The position numbers were made by a program, and so were the translations under genes. A stretch of 55,005 bases of DNA, the filler included, from an uncultured virus (IMG/VR IMGVR_UViG_2061766007_002010) (Duplodnaviria > Heunggongvirae > Uroviricota > Caudoviricetes). It is 9 parts of one record of this genome, joined end to end, with 100 filler letters (N's around TTAATTAATTAA, not from the genome) between each part and the next. Parts side by side here need not be neighbours in the genome. Positions count along the whole stretch, not along the records: positions 14,857 to 32,987 come from IMGVR_UViG_2061766007_002010; positions 33,088 to 43,732 come from IMGVR_UViG_2061766007_002010; 7 more parts are not named here. The stretch is one strand, 5' to 3'. Positions 25,901-38,054 of this stretch are shown here, one piece after another. Below the pieces are notes generated by a model, which worked only from the letters and a program-made list of their open reading frames with translations, did not search any database and had not been told where the DNA came from. How positions within the stretch are numbered: position 1 is the first letter of the stretch; each line of letters begins with the position of its first letter.

Positions 25901-26736
25901 TTACTGGTGAACTTGTTCCACAGGCTGTTAATTCTGACGGCGGTAAGTGGACAATCACAGTTGATATTGATGGTAACGGTCGTTACTATGTAGCAAATAC
26001 TGTTGGTGTTCCTCCGACTATTGCTCAGCTTGATAAGGTTGTATTGGCAAATCACTTGTTCGAATATACAGACTTGAATAACTATACTGCTAACCAGGGT
26101 GCTACACTCAGTGCTGCTCAGACTGGTAATTTGACTGAAGCTTCTGTTAGCGCAAGTAATAATACATTGTTTGGCAAGCAGATTCCAAGTGAAATCAATA
26201 TTCTTGTCAGAAAGATGAAATACAATAGTGAACCTGGTACTAACTTAACTCATAAATGGGTATTTGTTAATAAGATGATGCCATGGTATCGTTATAACGG
26301 TCAGGCACCTCGTTATATTCCAATGCAGAAATGCACATTGAAATATTATTACGTTGGTCAACCGCCTTCTGCAAATACTTATACTCAACGTATGGATATT
26401 TGGGCACCTCCTTCTATGGATGCTAACTGTATCTGTAAGAAGATTAACTATTGCTACTCGGCATATTTGAATCCAAACTATCACTGGTCTACAGAACAAC
26501 GTGGTTGTATTCCTCTTGATGAATTCAACGATAATAAGTTCTTTAGTGATTGGGTTCCGAATGTACCTGTTTATGTCGGTGATACTGCTTCTGGTGGTGG
26601 TGTCGGTCCTAGTGTTACAAGCGGTAACTTTGTTTCTGGTGGTAATACTGAACATCCGGGCGATATTACATTGTATCGTGCAAATGAAATTCCGCCGGTT
26701 GACCAGATGGATCCAAAGGGATATTACATCGTGTAA
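22915..26736 (+). CDS. Putative tail fibre / beta-helix adhesin (~1270 aa, start masked)
   Basis: Long ORF with short Asn/Ser-rich repeats (SNNNYF..GNSLYGSDSNKI) and ILGGEYCKAS..QVLMGKYN..IIYGCG, reminiscent of YadA-head-like fibre repeats. Confidence 0.6.
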
Positions 26737-26755
26737 ACCTTACATATCTCAAAAT

Positions 26756-26785
26756 AAAAAACCTACTCGAAAGAGTAGGTTTTTT
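26756..26785. terminator. Bidirectional intrinsic terminator
   Basis: AAAAAACCTACTC-GAAA-GAGTAGGTTTTTT. Confidence 0.9.
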
Positions 26786-26806
26786 AATAAATAAAACTAA
26801 TTAAAA

Positions 26807-29629
26807 TTAGTATTGAACCGTATTCAATTTGTTAATAACAATAGCNNNNNNNNNNNNNNNNNNNNNNNNNNNNNNNNNNNNNNNNNNNNNNNNNNNNNNN
26901 NNNNNNNNNGAGTAATTTTGATGCACCAACCCAATATTCATTAGTAGGATAAGTATCTGTATCAATCGTATTCTTATAATAGTTTTTCAAGACTTCTTCA
27001 CAAGCGAAGTAATTCCAGAATGATGCTTCAGAAATAGTATATTGATGGTCACCAATAATATTACCTTTACGCATTATATCTTCTTCACGTGCATCTATAT
27101 CATTATACATAGTAACTTTATATGGTAATGAAATTGCACGGTCAGCAGTTTTACTTATACGAGCATTCTTCAACCAACGAGCTAATCTATTTTTTATATA
27201 AGTAACTTGCTTAGCTTCAAGTNNNNNNNNNNNNNNNNNNNNNNNNNNNNNNNNNNNNNNNNNNNNNNNNNNNNCTATTTTTACATAAACCAAGTCATAA
27301 TGTACACCTTTCAACGTAAGGTCATTAGCAGTATAAACCATCGGTAATTCCAGATTTATAAAGACATTACTGTTTTCATCTTTAAATTCCGTGGCTTTAC
27401 AATGGGTTATCACTTTTTTGGTATACGTATGTTCATTTTCAGGGCAGTAGAACTGATATGTGAGCTGAACATTGATACCGTCAACAAGTTTTTCGAAAAG
27501 CTGCTTACCGCGAAGATCTGTTTTGGGAATATGTNNNNNNNNNNNNNGCTCAAATCTGCACCCATAACGACATTTGCACCATGGTTACTATTGTAGATTG
27601 AAATTTCATCGCTGTAGGTTTGAAGTGTCTTATCAAGTTCTGCACTGAATAAGTTACTTGAAGCCATTTTATTGTCCCATTCGTATTCCTGTTCTGGAGA
27701 CTTAATTAAATCAGATACCTTAATATCTGCGTCAATACTTAGCGTATCTGGGTCATCTGTATAAATCTTGATAATGTCAGCCTTATAGACTTTCTTTGTA
27801 GAACGCAAAGAATCATCAAGGAACTTATAGACCTTGTTTTTAAGTCTTTTATTGTATTCCTGAAGATTTGCGGTCGAATTTACACGAACGGTTCCAACCA
27901 AGTCATAATAATGTAAGAATGGCGGAAGGGTAAGAAGTGTAGTATTTACCGGTAAATTGTCCTTACAGTTTTCACGGATTAACTGAACATTTCTAATCCA
28001 TTGTTCTGTTGGATTTTTCGAATATTGCCAGTGATAATAACCGACAGGTGAAACCATGAATTTAACATAATCGGTAATATGATTCAAATATTCAGAACCA
28101 TAAACTGTATACGGTTCTGAAATATCGTCATCATTGAGAATATCACGAGGATAGTAATCACCATCATTCTTGATATATAGACGACCAATTAAAGAATATG
28201 CGACAACATTTTGAACAAGCGGATATTCTTTAGTTGTTACCTGTGATTGTTCGATTTCCTGTTGACCTGTAGCATAGGCATTATGAACATACATCGGCGA
28301 AGTAAGGGTTCCGAAATAGTTTTCGAAATCTTCCTTCATAATTAACTTATTACGNNNNNNNNNNNNNNNNNNNNNNNNNNNNNNNNNNNNNNNNNNNNNN
28401 NNNNNNNNNNNNNNNNNNNNNNNNNNNNNNNNNNNNNNNNNNNNNNNNNNNNNNNNNNNNNNNNNNNNNNNNGTCAATGATATTACCGTTTACACTTGCA
28501 TAAACAGGAGTATTTATTACAATACTTGCACCTGAGACATGTTTTCTATTTGCGGCCTTGCCCATAGTAGAAATATATTTGATATAGAAATTATCGGTTG
28601 TTTTCATCAAACCATTTACTACGTTATGGTCACGACCGAATGTTACCTTTACGGTTTCATCCGGATTTGTTGTTATCTTACAGATACGCAACTGTAATGC
28701 AAGAAGCTCCTTAATGGTCTGTTCGAGATACAAAGTATCAAGATTCTTCGGATGTGAAATAACCTCATATAGTTTTTTCTTGAGTAGATCCGAAGTTTCA
28801 GGATTAATATTCTTGTACTTTTTATTTAACTTTATGGAATGTGTTTCAATATCGAATAAAGCTTCATCGGCGAATGCATCTTCTTCAGTTTCGCCGATAC
28901 CTACCTGGCACCAGCTATTTTTCTGAACATAATTTCTATCACCGTTATAAGCATAAGGGTCACGATTACCATACCAGTTAGAGAATGTCTTATCTGGAAT
29001 ATTGTAAGACTGTTCTGGTTTTGCAATTTTATTTAATACAGATTGTCCTTCGATTTTATATGTTTTACGTTCGCCCTGGAAACATTTGATAGGCGTNNNN
29101 NNNNNNNNNNNNNTATAAACGCTATTCGTATGCGGAACAGCATTAACAAGATTTTTCTGCCAGTCTGCTTCATGACAATAAGTAATATCTTCATCGGTAA
29201 GAACATAGGAATAACTACTGTCGAGAATGAACGGCATATTCGCAAAAGTCAAGGCAAGAGAGTCTTGGTTAAAGAATATTTCCGTTCCTGCCTTATTGAT
29301 TTCTTCTGGGAATGGTCCTTTTAACTGAATAATAAATTCGGCCTGTGCCGGAACTGGACGACGAGGNNNNNNNNNNNNNNNNNNNNNNNNNNNNNNNNNN
29401 NNNNNNNNNNNNNNGTTTCTAATAGACGTTCTTCTGCACATCTTTGGGTATAGAAATTTATTCTATCACAAGTATCACTTAATATTTGCTGAAATTTGGG
29501 ATAGAAACAACTTGCTTTGATTTTATCAAAGAAGCTCTTATTTTTCATAAAAGNNNNNNNNNNNNNNNNNNNNNNNNNNNNNNNNNNNNNNNNNNNNNNN
29601 NCTTCAGTAGTTAATTCTGTATAATCCAT
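26807..29629 (-). CDS. Baseplate wedge protein, gp6-like, copy B
   Basis: INFYTQRCAEE, PRRPVPAQAE, VKVTFG, YIKYISTMGKAAN, KLIMKEDFENY; the stop at 26807 is inferred from frame AIVINKLNTVQY*. Confidence 0.8.
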
Positions 29630-29636
29630 ACATTAT

Positions 29637-32600
29637 TTATATGCGGGATTGATACTTGACATCGAATGTGCATCTTAAAATTGCAATATCTTGGTCCATG
29701 GAATAGTTAACTACNNNNNNNNNNNNNNNNNNNNNNTCTGAAATACCAGGTTTTGTCAACTTGTATAAGTCGATAATCAAACGTTCAGCAGCATTCCATT
29801 CCTTATCGTAGATGTCTGTAGATTCAGTAATATTCGGATAATACTTATTAAGAAGAGTCTTAATCAAGTAATTCCAGAATTCCTTTTCAGAAAGAGTATC
29901 ATCTTCAGATGCTTTCAAATCGCCACGACGCATGATTGTTTCAGAACGAGTAATAACATCAAAAGACGTAATCGTATATGGCAAGTCGATAGCCCTATCT
30001 GCAGTATCATGAATCTTCAAACCATTCATCCATTTAATAACATCAGCATTAAGCTTTTTCAGGTCGGTTAATGTAAGTCCATATTCCTTTGCACGTTCAC
30101 TGGTAATTTCATACTTAGAATCAGACCAGTAATTATTACCATAAGAAGTAGTTGTTATAAAACCGTCATTACTGTCACGAGCAATGATGTTATATAATCT
30201 ACAAATGGTCGGACTTTCACCATGTGCAGTTAGGTCAGCATCAAGCTGTGCTTGAATTTCTGCAGATGCTTGTTCAGGATCTGTAAAATAGTCTGTAGTA
30301 GCTCTGTAGAGAACGTTTGATGCAAAATCCGGAGGTAGTGCAATCTGTGTTCCAATATATGGAGTATGCAAGTAAATCTTAATATAGTTGCTGAATTCTT
30401 CATAAGTAAACTTACTTACATGGTCTACTGTAGAAGCTTTCTGGTCATTGGCTGTATTGCCACTGGCTTGGTAGTTGTAAATTCTGAATTGAATATGAAT
30501 TGTACTATCGTCAGTGATATTTTTTAAATCATAAATCTTATGTTTACTATCTGTCTTAGGAATTATAATTTCATTGAAAATCAAATCATACTTATAATTC
30601 TGCCAGTTTTTATACTTATCATATTCAGAAGTAAGTTTTTCAGTATTTAGGATAACACGAACACCTTTATGCTGGTCTTCTTCATTCCACTGGTTTCTCT
30701 TAAATTCTGGAGAAATGATACTAGATACTTTTAAATCCAAATCAGCATTTAAAACATGATCTTCTTCCATGCACAACTTGATAAGATTGGACTTATAAAT
30801 TTCGCGTGTTTCAAGAGTTAAAGTATCAAGATATTTGTAAAGCTTTGTATATAATTTTTCTTTGAAATCGTCTAAATCGGTAGTGCCTGGGTCAACTTCT
30901 ATATTTCCTACAATATCATAATAATGGAAGAATGGCGGAAGCGACATGACAGCAGTATTAGTAGGAGTTAAAAGATTTACGTTATGTCCTATTTCTTTAA
31001 TATTCTTTACATATTGCTTATCGTCTTTTTCAGGCTTGCCATTAATAAGTGCATAATAATTGTAGAATGATTCCTGCGATACAAGACATTTGATATAGTC
31101 AAGAATATGGTCATTATATTCATCACAGTAAAGCGTTGCCGGATTTTCCATATTTTCAGATTCTGGAACAAAACCGTCTGTAATCCATTCTTCNNNNNNN
31201 NNNNNNNNNNNNNNNNNNNNCATTCTTACCGACATTGATATACATGTGGCTGGCAAGAACATAGAAAAGATAGTTGAGATTTATATCAAGAACATTGTTT
31301 TCAACTTGGTCTTTTTTCTTTTTGAACTGATTTATTTCAAACGTATTGTCAAGTTCTCTAAGACCAAAGATAAGTGATGTGATGACATCTAATGGACTAG
31401 TCAAAGAATTGAAATAATTGATGAAGTCACGTTTAGATACAAGCTTTAACTGAGAAGTCCAGTAGGCTTCAGCATTATCGTACATTTCCTTTTTGTCTTC
31501 GAAATTTTCACCGCCAATAAGGTCACCAGAGAATACAAACTGAATATTGTTTGTAATATCAAAAGTGCCAATGGAAGTATGAAGCATTAGCTTTGCATTA
31601 TTCGTAAGTACACTTTCTAAGATACCAGTCTTATTTCCGAGACCGCCGCGAGTAGAAAGATATTCTACATACAAATCAGGATATTCTGTAGTACCTGTAG
31701 TTTTATCATACTTACCTTCGATGGCAAGCTGAGAAAGATAAGAGAACGGTCCGAAATTAATACTTATAGTTTTATCCGGATTTGTTTCAACAGAACAAAT
31801 ACACGGACGGTCGTCACCTGTTGGATTTGCGCCAAAGTTTGTAAGAATAGACTCATTTAAAAGGATAGAACGGTCTTCAATGCTAAAAATCTTAGAACCT
31901 GCCTCGCCTTTGAATCGAGTATAAACTTTTGTTAAACCATTATTCGGTGCATAAACAGAGTCATTCTTTTTACGTCTGTAATTTACCGCAAATGGGTCAC
32001 GAATACCATACCAGTTGCTAAATGAAATATCGTCAATATCAAAACGTTGACCGAGATTGTTGTCAGTAACTAAAGAATAATTACTACCGTCATTTCGTTT
32101 TTCTAAACCGGAAATATAATCTTTACCGTCAAACATTACGGTTTTCAATTCACCCTGATAACATTTAATTGCAAATCTGTTACCGTAATTAATTGGGTCA
32201 CCTGTCATTGTAAGTGGTCCAGTTTCTTTGGTAGTGCTATCGATAATAACACTTTTTAGGCGTCGTGACCAAGAAGTATTTGTACAACCTTGAATATCAC
32301 TTTTTGTAAATGTATATTCAATAGGGTCTGTTAATCTGAAAGGCATATTGAGGAAACTCAAATTACACTGTTCATTTGTAAGTGTAATTGTAAGCTTCTC
32401 ATTTTCTGGGAGATTCTTTAATTCTTTCGGGAATGGACCTTTGAAAATAATATTCAATTCGCCTTGAGCCGGCACCGCACGGCGAGGAGCATAACCCCAG
32501 TTTTTACATAACTTGATATAGCTGGAATCAAGTTTTGCGGTTCTGAAGAAACCTTCTTCAGACATACGTTGAAGATTGAAATTTGCCATATCGGAAGTGG

Positions 32601-32727
32601 CAGCTAACATTTCAAGGAACATACCTATAAGCGTTGCAGAACCAATATTCTTAAAACGCTTATCGGTTTTAATCATTGAAAGATAGTTAGAATATAAATC
32701 TTCAAAAGTTATGCTTGTATTGTCCAT
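29637..32727 (-). CDS. Baseplate wedge protein, gp6-like, copy A
   Basis: FLEMLA..NFNLQRMSEEGFFRTAKLDSS...WGYAPRRAVPA, ISINFG, VEYLSTRGGLGN, GGENFED, QLKLVSKRDF; AGGA SD; late promoter 32751-32758. Confidence 0.85.
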
Positions 32728-32817
32728 ATTTATCCTATATAATCTATACATATTTATAGTTCTCGATAAGTCTCAATTCTTTTTATAAATAATAGAGATT
32801 ATAAGATAAGGAAAACT

Positions 32818-32987
32818 ATGTTCAATCTACAATTTATTAACCCTTTTAGTGATGAATTCTTAAAACTGAAGCCATCGAATGACGAAATTCGTTCAGTCGA
32901 AGCGGCCCGAAATTCTTATGGTCGTGGTGAAGATACCATAGAATGGGACCGATTAGTCAATGGATATAATAACGGATATTATGACCC
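32818..32987 (+). CDS. Probable N-terminus of the portal protein (contig end)
   Basis: Late promoter 32784-32791 and AAGGA SD; identity inferred only from orientation and the portal body in the next contig. Confidence 0.4.
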
Positions 32988-33087
32988 NNNNNNNNNNNNN
33001 NNNNNNNNNNNNNNNNNNNNNNNNNNNNNNNTTAATTAATTAANNNNNNNNNNNNNNNNNNNNNNNNNNNNNNNNNNNNNNNNNNNN

Positions 33088-33466
33088 ACATGCAAGGTCT
33101 TTACTTCCGATACTACCACCATTAATAGTTAAATCAGAAAGGCTATAAAGACTGAAATTTGCCAAATAATTATATGGGTAAATATCTGGTTTGACAATCT
33201 TATATTTCCACCACTCGGATGTAGCTGTAGCAGAAGTTTCAGCAATAGTTTCGGATAATTGTTTACCTTCAATATCTGCTTCCATCCATGCACTTACACT
33301 AAATTGAGTAGCACTATGTTCACGTGAAAGTGAAATATCATATGCGGTAAATTTGACATTACCATCGGTTGCATACGTGCTATAATCCGGATTAGAATAT
33401 GAACCATCTGGCATATTAAAATTATATTTGAAATAGTCAGAATTTAAATAATCAGTATTTGGATTA
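33088..33466 (-). CDS. Fragment of a putative virion surface protein
   Basis: Open minus frame ending NFSLYSLSDLTINGGSIGSKDLAC; composition similar to 34974-37982. Confidence 0.5.
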
Positions 33467-33476
33467 NNNNNNNNNN

Positions 33477-34510
33477 CCGCAGGCAATGCTTACAATTTAT
33501 GACCGCGATTCCGATAATATCAATGGTTATATTCAGAATATCAATTTCTTGAACCGTCAACAGGAAAAGAATGACGAAATCAAGAAGTTCCTCCCGAACC
33601 AGATTGCTTATGTAAACTACGGTGAACCATGNNNNNNNNNNNNNNNNNNNNNNNNNNNNNNNNNNNNNNNNNNNNNNNNNNNNNNNNNNNNNNNNNNNNN
33701 NNNNNNNNNNNNNNNNNNNNNNNNNNNNNNNNNNNNNNNNNNNNNNNNNNNNNNNNNNNNNNNNNNNNNNNGCTTATGTGCAGGAAATCCGCGCAAAGTA
33801 TCGTAAGAATTTGACAATCGATAACCACACTGGTATGATTAATTCTACCAAGAATACTCAGGCTATGACTGAAGATTTCTTCTTCCCGAAGGATGACTCT
33901 GGTAATAGTTCTACGGTTGAACCGTTTGCTTCTGGTGCTACCTTCGCAGGTCAGCTCGATGACGTTTACATGTTCCAGNNNNNNNNNNNNTCCGCAGGCT
34001 CGTTGGAAAGCTGAAGAAGTGGGACAAGCCGCATATAACCAGGGTGTTGAAGGATCCAATCTTGAAGAAGTTGCATTCCAGCGTATGAACCGCAGACTTC
34101 GTAAGAGATTCTCGGATATTATTCTTCAGGTCTTCCTTGTTCATTTGAAGGTTCGTAATTACCCGTCTAAGTTCTTGGATAAGGCTCTTTACAATATTGA
34201 CTTGAATCCGGCAACTGACTTTGAACGTATGCGTGACTTGGCCATGGCTGAAAAGCGTGGCGGTGTCGTTAACACCTTGTCTCAGTTCTTGCCGACTCCG
34301 ACAAATATTAAGGGTACTGATGAACTTGGTCCGCTCTTCTCCAAGCAGTTCTTTATGGAAAAGATTCTCGGTATGTCTACTCAGGAAATTCTTCTCAACA
34401 GTAAAATGTTGGATAATGAAGTTCGTCAGATGCAGGAACAGGCTGAAGCTGTCGCTGCTGAAGGCGGAGATAAAGGTGACGACACCGGTGGAGATGACCT
34501 TGCATATTAA
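33477..34510 (+). CDS. Portal protein gp20 (central and C-terminal part)
   Basis: KYRKNLTIDNHTG, AMTEDFFFP, GQLDDVYMFQ, EEVAFQRMNRRLRKRFS, KILGMS motifs. Confidence 0.92.
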
Positions 34511-34538
34511 CTTTTATAAATAAGTATAGAGGTTTTAA

Positions 34539-34922
34539 ATGAAAAATTTGACAGAATACGTTAATGACGAAGTTAAGCTTGCCCTTAACGAGAATACGTC
34601 CCAGGTTGGACGTACCGACACTTTCTCAGGTACAGATGTTATGGGTCCGCACCATCACGAATTCTTGATTTGGAATGAATTCGGCTATGGCTGGACATCT
34701 GACGCTATATGCGAACCGGCTAACCTTAATGGTCCTACTCCGATTACAAAGGTAGGTGGACATACTCACTTGATTCTTAACGGTGTAGTTCAGCCTTGTG
34801 GCGACGGACATACACACGTTCTTGAAACTCCGTGGAAAGTTTGTCCAGATACCCAGATTGGTAGTTGCTTGGGTCCTGGTTGCATGCCTGGAAATTGTAT
34901 TCCTCCAATGGGTCAAGGTTAA
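34539..34922 (+). CDS. His-rich (HxH repeat) putative metal-binding late protein
   Basis: PHHHE, GHTHL, GHTHV and five Cys; late promoter 34515-34522; GAGG SD. Confidence 0.75.
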   Translation: MKNLTEYVNDEVKLALNENTSQVGRTDTFSGTDVMGPHHHEFLIWNEFGYGWTSDAICEPANLNGPTPITKVGGHTHLILNGVVQPCGDGHTHVLETPWKVCPDTQIGSCLGPGCMPGNCIPPMGQG

Positions 34923-34940
34923 TTTAAGTTTAACCTTTAA

Positions 34941-34975
34941 TAAAAAACCTGGTCTTTTGACCAGGTTTTATTTTT
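34941..34975. terminator. Bidirectional intrinsic terminator
   Basis: AAAACCTGGTC-TTTT-GACCAGGTTTT. Confidence 0.85.
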
Positions 34976-37900
34976 ATGTATTTGCGTTATCGATTGATGC
35001 ACCGTTTTGTAGTATAACTTTTTGCGCCCATACGTGACCNNNNNNNNNNNNNNNNNNNNNNNNNNNNNNNNNNNNNNNNNNNNNNNNNNNNNNNNNNNNN
35101 NNNNNNNNNNNNNNNNNNNNNNNNNNNNNGCCACCATAGTAAAGACGGAAGTCGAATGGACCATCACTTCTTTCAACAAGGGTAATATTATTATTCAATA
35201 CGATATTATTTGCATAAATCATAACTGAACGGTCAGTACCGTCTTCAGAAGAACCGTTTTCAATTTTAAATGTTGCATCAACTTCAGTATAGATTGTGTC
35301 GAAATAATATTTACCCGGATAGAATGTAACAATCTTAGAATGATCTCGGTTATCAACATCCAAACGGTTGTAATGACCAACAGTATATGTACCAGGTGCA
35401 CCGAATACAGCGTTATTGGAATAATCACCTGTGCCAGTCTCTACTACTTCTGCAGAAATTCCAGGCATATCTGGATAAACAGGATTTTCCCAGGTTTCAA
35501 TATGATTAATACGACCACCGTTNNNNNNNNNNNNNNNNNNNNNNNNNNNNNNNNNNNNNNNNNNNNNNNNNNNNNNNNNNNNNNNNNNNNNNNNNNNNNN
35601 NNNNNNNNNNNNNNNNNNNNNNNNNNNNNNNNNNNNNNNNNNNNNNNNNNNNNNNNNNNNNNNNNNNNNNNNNNNNNNNNNNNNNNNNNNNNNNNNNNNN
35701 NNNNNNNNNNNNNNNNNNNNNNNNNNNNNNNNNNNNNNNNNNNNNNNNNNNNNNNNNNNNNNNNNNNNNNNNNNNNNNNNNNNNNNNNNNNNNNNNNNNN
35801 NNNNNNNNNNNNNNNNNNNNNNNNNNNNNNNNNNNNNNNNNNNNNNNNNNNNNNNNNNNNNNNNNNNNNNNNNNNNNNNNNNNNNNNNNNNNNNNNNNNN
35901 NNNNNNNNNNNNNNNNNNNNNNNNNNNNNNNNNNNNNNNNNNNNNNNNNNNNNNNNNNNNNNNNNNNNNNNNNNNNNNNNNNNNNNNNNNNNNNNNNNNN
36001 NNNNNNNNNNNNNNNNNNNNNNNNNNNNNNNNNNNNNNNNNNNNNNNNNNNNNNNNNNNNNNNNNNNNNNNNNNNNNNNNNNNNNNNNNNNNNNNNNNNN
36101 NNNNNNNNNNNNNNNNNNNNNNNNNNNNNNNNNNNNNNNNNNNNNNNNNNNNNNNNNNNNNNNNNNNNNNNNNNNNNNNNNNNNNNNNNNNNNNNNNNNN
36201 NNNNNNNNNNNNNNNNNNNNNNNNNNNNNNNNNNNNNNNNNNNNNNNNNNNNNNNNNNNNNNNNNNNNNNNNNNNNNNNNNNNNNNNNNNNNNNNNNNNN
36301 NNNNNNNNNNNNNNNNNNNNNNNNTAATTGTCAATAGTTATCGAGAATGGACTGAATATAGGAACAGGTACATTTTCATGATAAAAACGGAATGCACGAG
36401 AAACCGCACTTGTTGCAGATTTTACCTGTTCATTAGTATATTCATCGGTCTCATAAACGTTCCATGTATATAATGTCAATGCTGGAGATTGCTCAGTAAT
36501 AACATCAATATCNNNNNNNNNNNNNNNNNNNNNNNNTAACCAAAGTTTGGTCCTACAATTTCTTCAACTGAATCCGAACCAACTAATACAACATAGATAC
36601 CGTTAGAACCCTGTGTATCAGGTGCATAAATTGTATTGAAAACATCATTATTTGTATTTGTAATTACATAATGTAATTCACCTTTTTGGTCAGATGTAAT
36701 TTTACCATCGGCTGGAACCATTGCTGCATTAGCAAATTCCAATCGTTTTAACGGTGTTTTCTTATAAGTCCAATCTGCTTCTGCAAAACCATATGTCTGT
36801 GCTTTTATTGCCTCTTTTGTCCAATATTCAGTTTCGAGATCAAGATAGGCTTCAACAAGAAAATGTGTAGATATTGTATCTTCTCGTTCTTTTATATTTT
36901 CAAATTCAATATGCTTGGTAAATACAATTTGACCATTTTCATCAAATTCAGCGGTTATTGGTTCAGGTACACCGTTATCTTGTGTTATAAAAATTTTAAC
37001 TGGTGCTTGATAATAAGCAACATTTGGGTTTGTAATACGAATAGTTGCTTCTGCAGTTTTAGTTATACGGTTANNNNNNNNNNNNNNNNNNNNNNNNNNN
37101 NNNNNNNNNNNNAGGAACACCATTTACATTTAAGTCAAATACTAGTTTATTTTTATGTAATTTATCATCATCAGCAGAAATAAATTGCCAATATTCTTGG
37201 TAAACAAGTTCACCAACATAGCCATCTGCAAATGGAATAGTTGCAGACTGTGTTGTTTCTGCAGCTGTATAAGTAATCGGATAAGATTCATTTGTAGTTT
37301 CATCATAAAGATATGAAGAAACCGATGCAATTTCAACAGGGTCTAATTTAGTATAACAAGTATCAATAAATGCAGATAATGAACTATAATAACAAGGAAC
37401 ATTTGTATCTGGATTGTATGTATTTACATAGATACCATCAGTATCACCAGCAACATAGTCAGTGGTAATTTGATTTATTTGTGTTGTATCTACAGGTGCA
37501 TCATAATCAAATTCTTGACGCATGTTTGCTGCAGATAAAACAGGATCTTCAGCACTATCATCTACTTGAATAAGCTTTGGACTACGCAAAATTTTTGGAA
37601 GAAGAATAGAATTAAAAACAGCTTCTTTATTGTCATCGAAGTGTACGGTAATTTTTGAACTGTTGAATCCTACTTCAGTATCATCTTTTTTACAAGAAAT
37701 TAATTGCTTAAAATAGAAAGTATTAGCACCGTCTATATACATGAGAAGACCTTTATGGTCATAGAAACTTAATTTTTCGCGCTTACCATAGTCAGGGTCA
37801 TTATTTGTAATACCATATTCTGGAAATTCCAAATATGTTATAGTTTTAGAAGTATTAGTATATAAATCGTCGATTGTAACACTAAATAATTCACTATTTA

Positions 37901-37982
37901 AGTAAGGTCTAATATCTTCATTGAAGGTAAGTTTAGCCTCATATGCACTAATTTCTACATTTTCTGATATTGTGTAATCCAT
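34974..37982 (-). CDS. Large putative virion surface protein with a C-terminal beta-solenoid (~1000 aa, 800-nt gap)
   Basis: CATAAATA promoter at 37987-37994; C-terminus APGTY..VTFYPGKYYF..VMIYANNIVL..GHVWAQKVILQNG. Confidence 0.55.
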
Positions 37983-38001
37983 ACTATATTTATGAGATAA
38001 G

Positions 38002-38031
38002 AAAAATCACTCACCGGAAGTGAGTGATTTT
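38002..38031 (-). terminator. Intrinsic terminator after the tail sheath gene
   Basis: AAAATCACTCAC-CGGAA-GTGAGTGATTTT. Confidence 0.85.
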
Positions 38032-38054
38032 AAATAATCAGAATCGGTTAAGAA

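Noticed and set aside
32818..33631. Portal gene interrupted by an inverted insertion
   Set aside because: The intervening piece is bounded by a contig linker and a 10-N gap, so adjacency is unsupported.
2801..37982. Pseudogenes or programmed frameshifts in gp13, gp6, portal and fibre genes
   Set aside because: The frame changes I checked coincide with N runs of arbitrary length.
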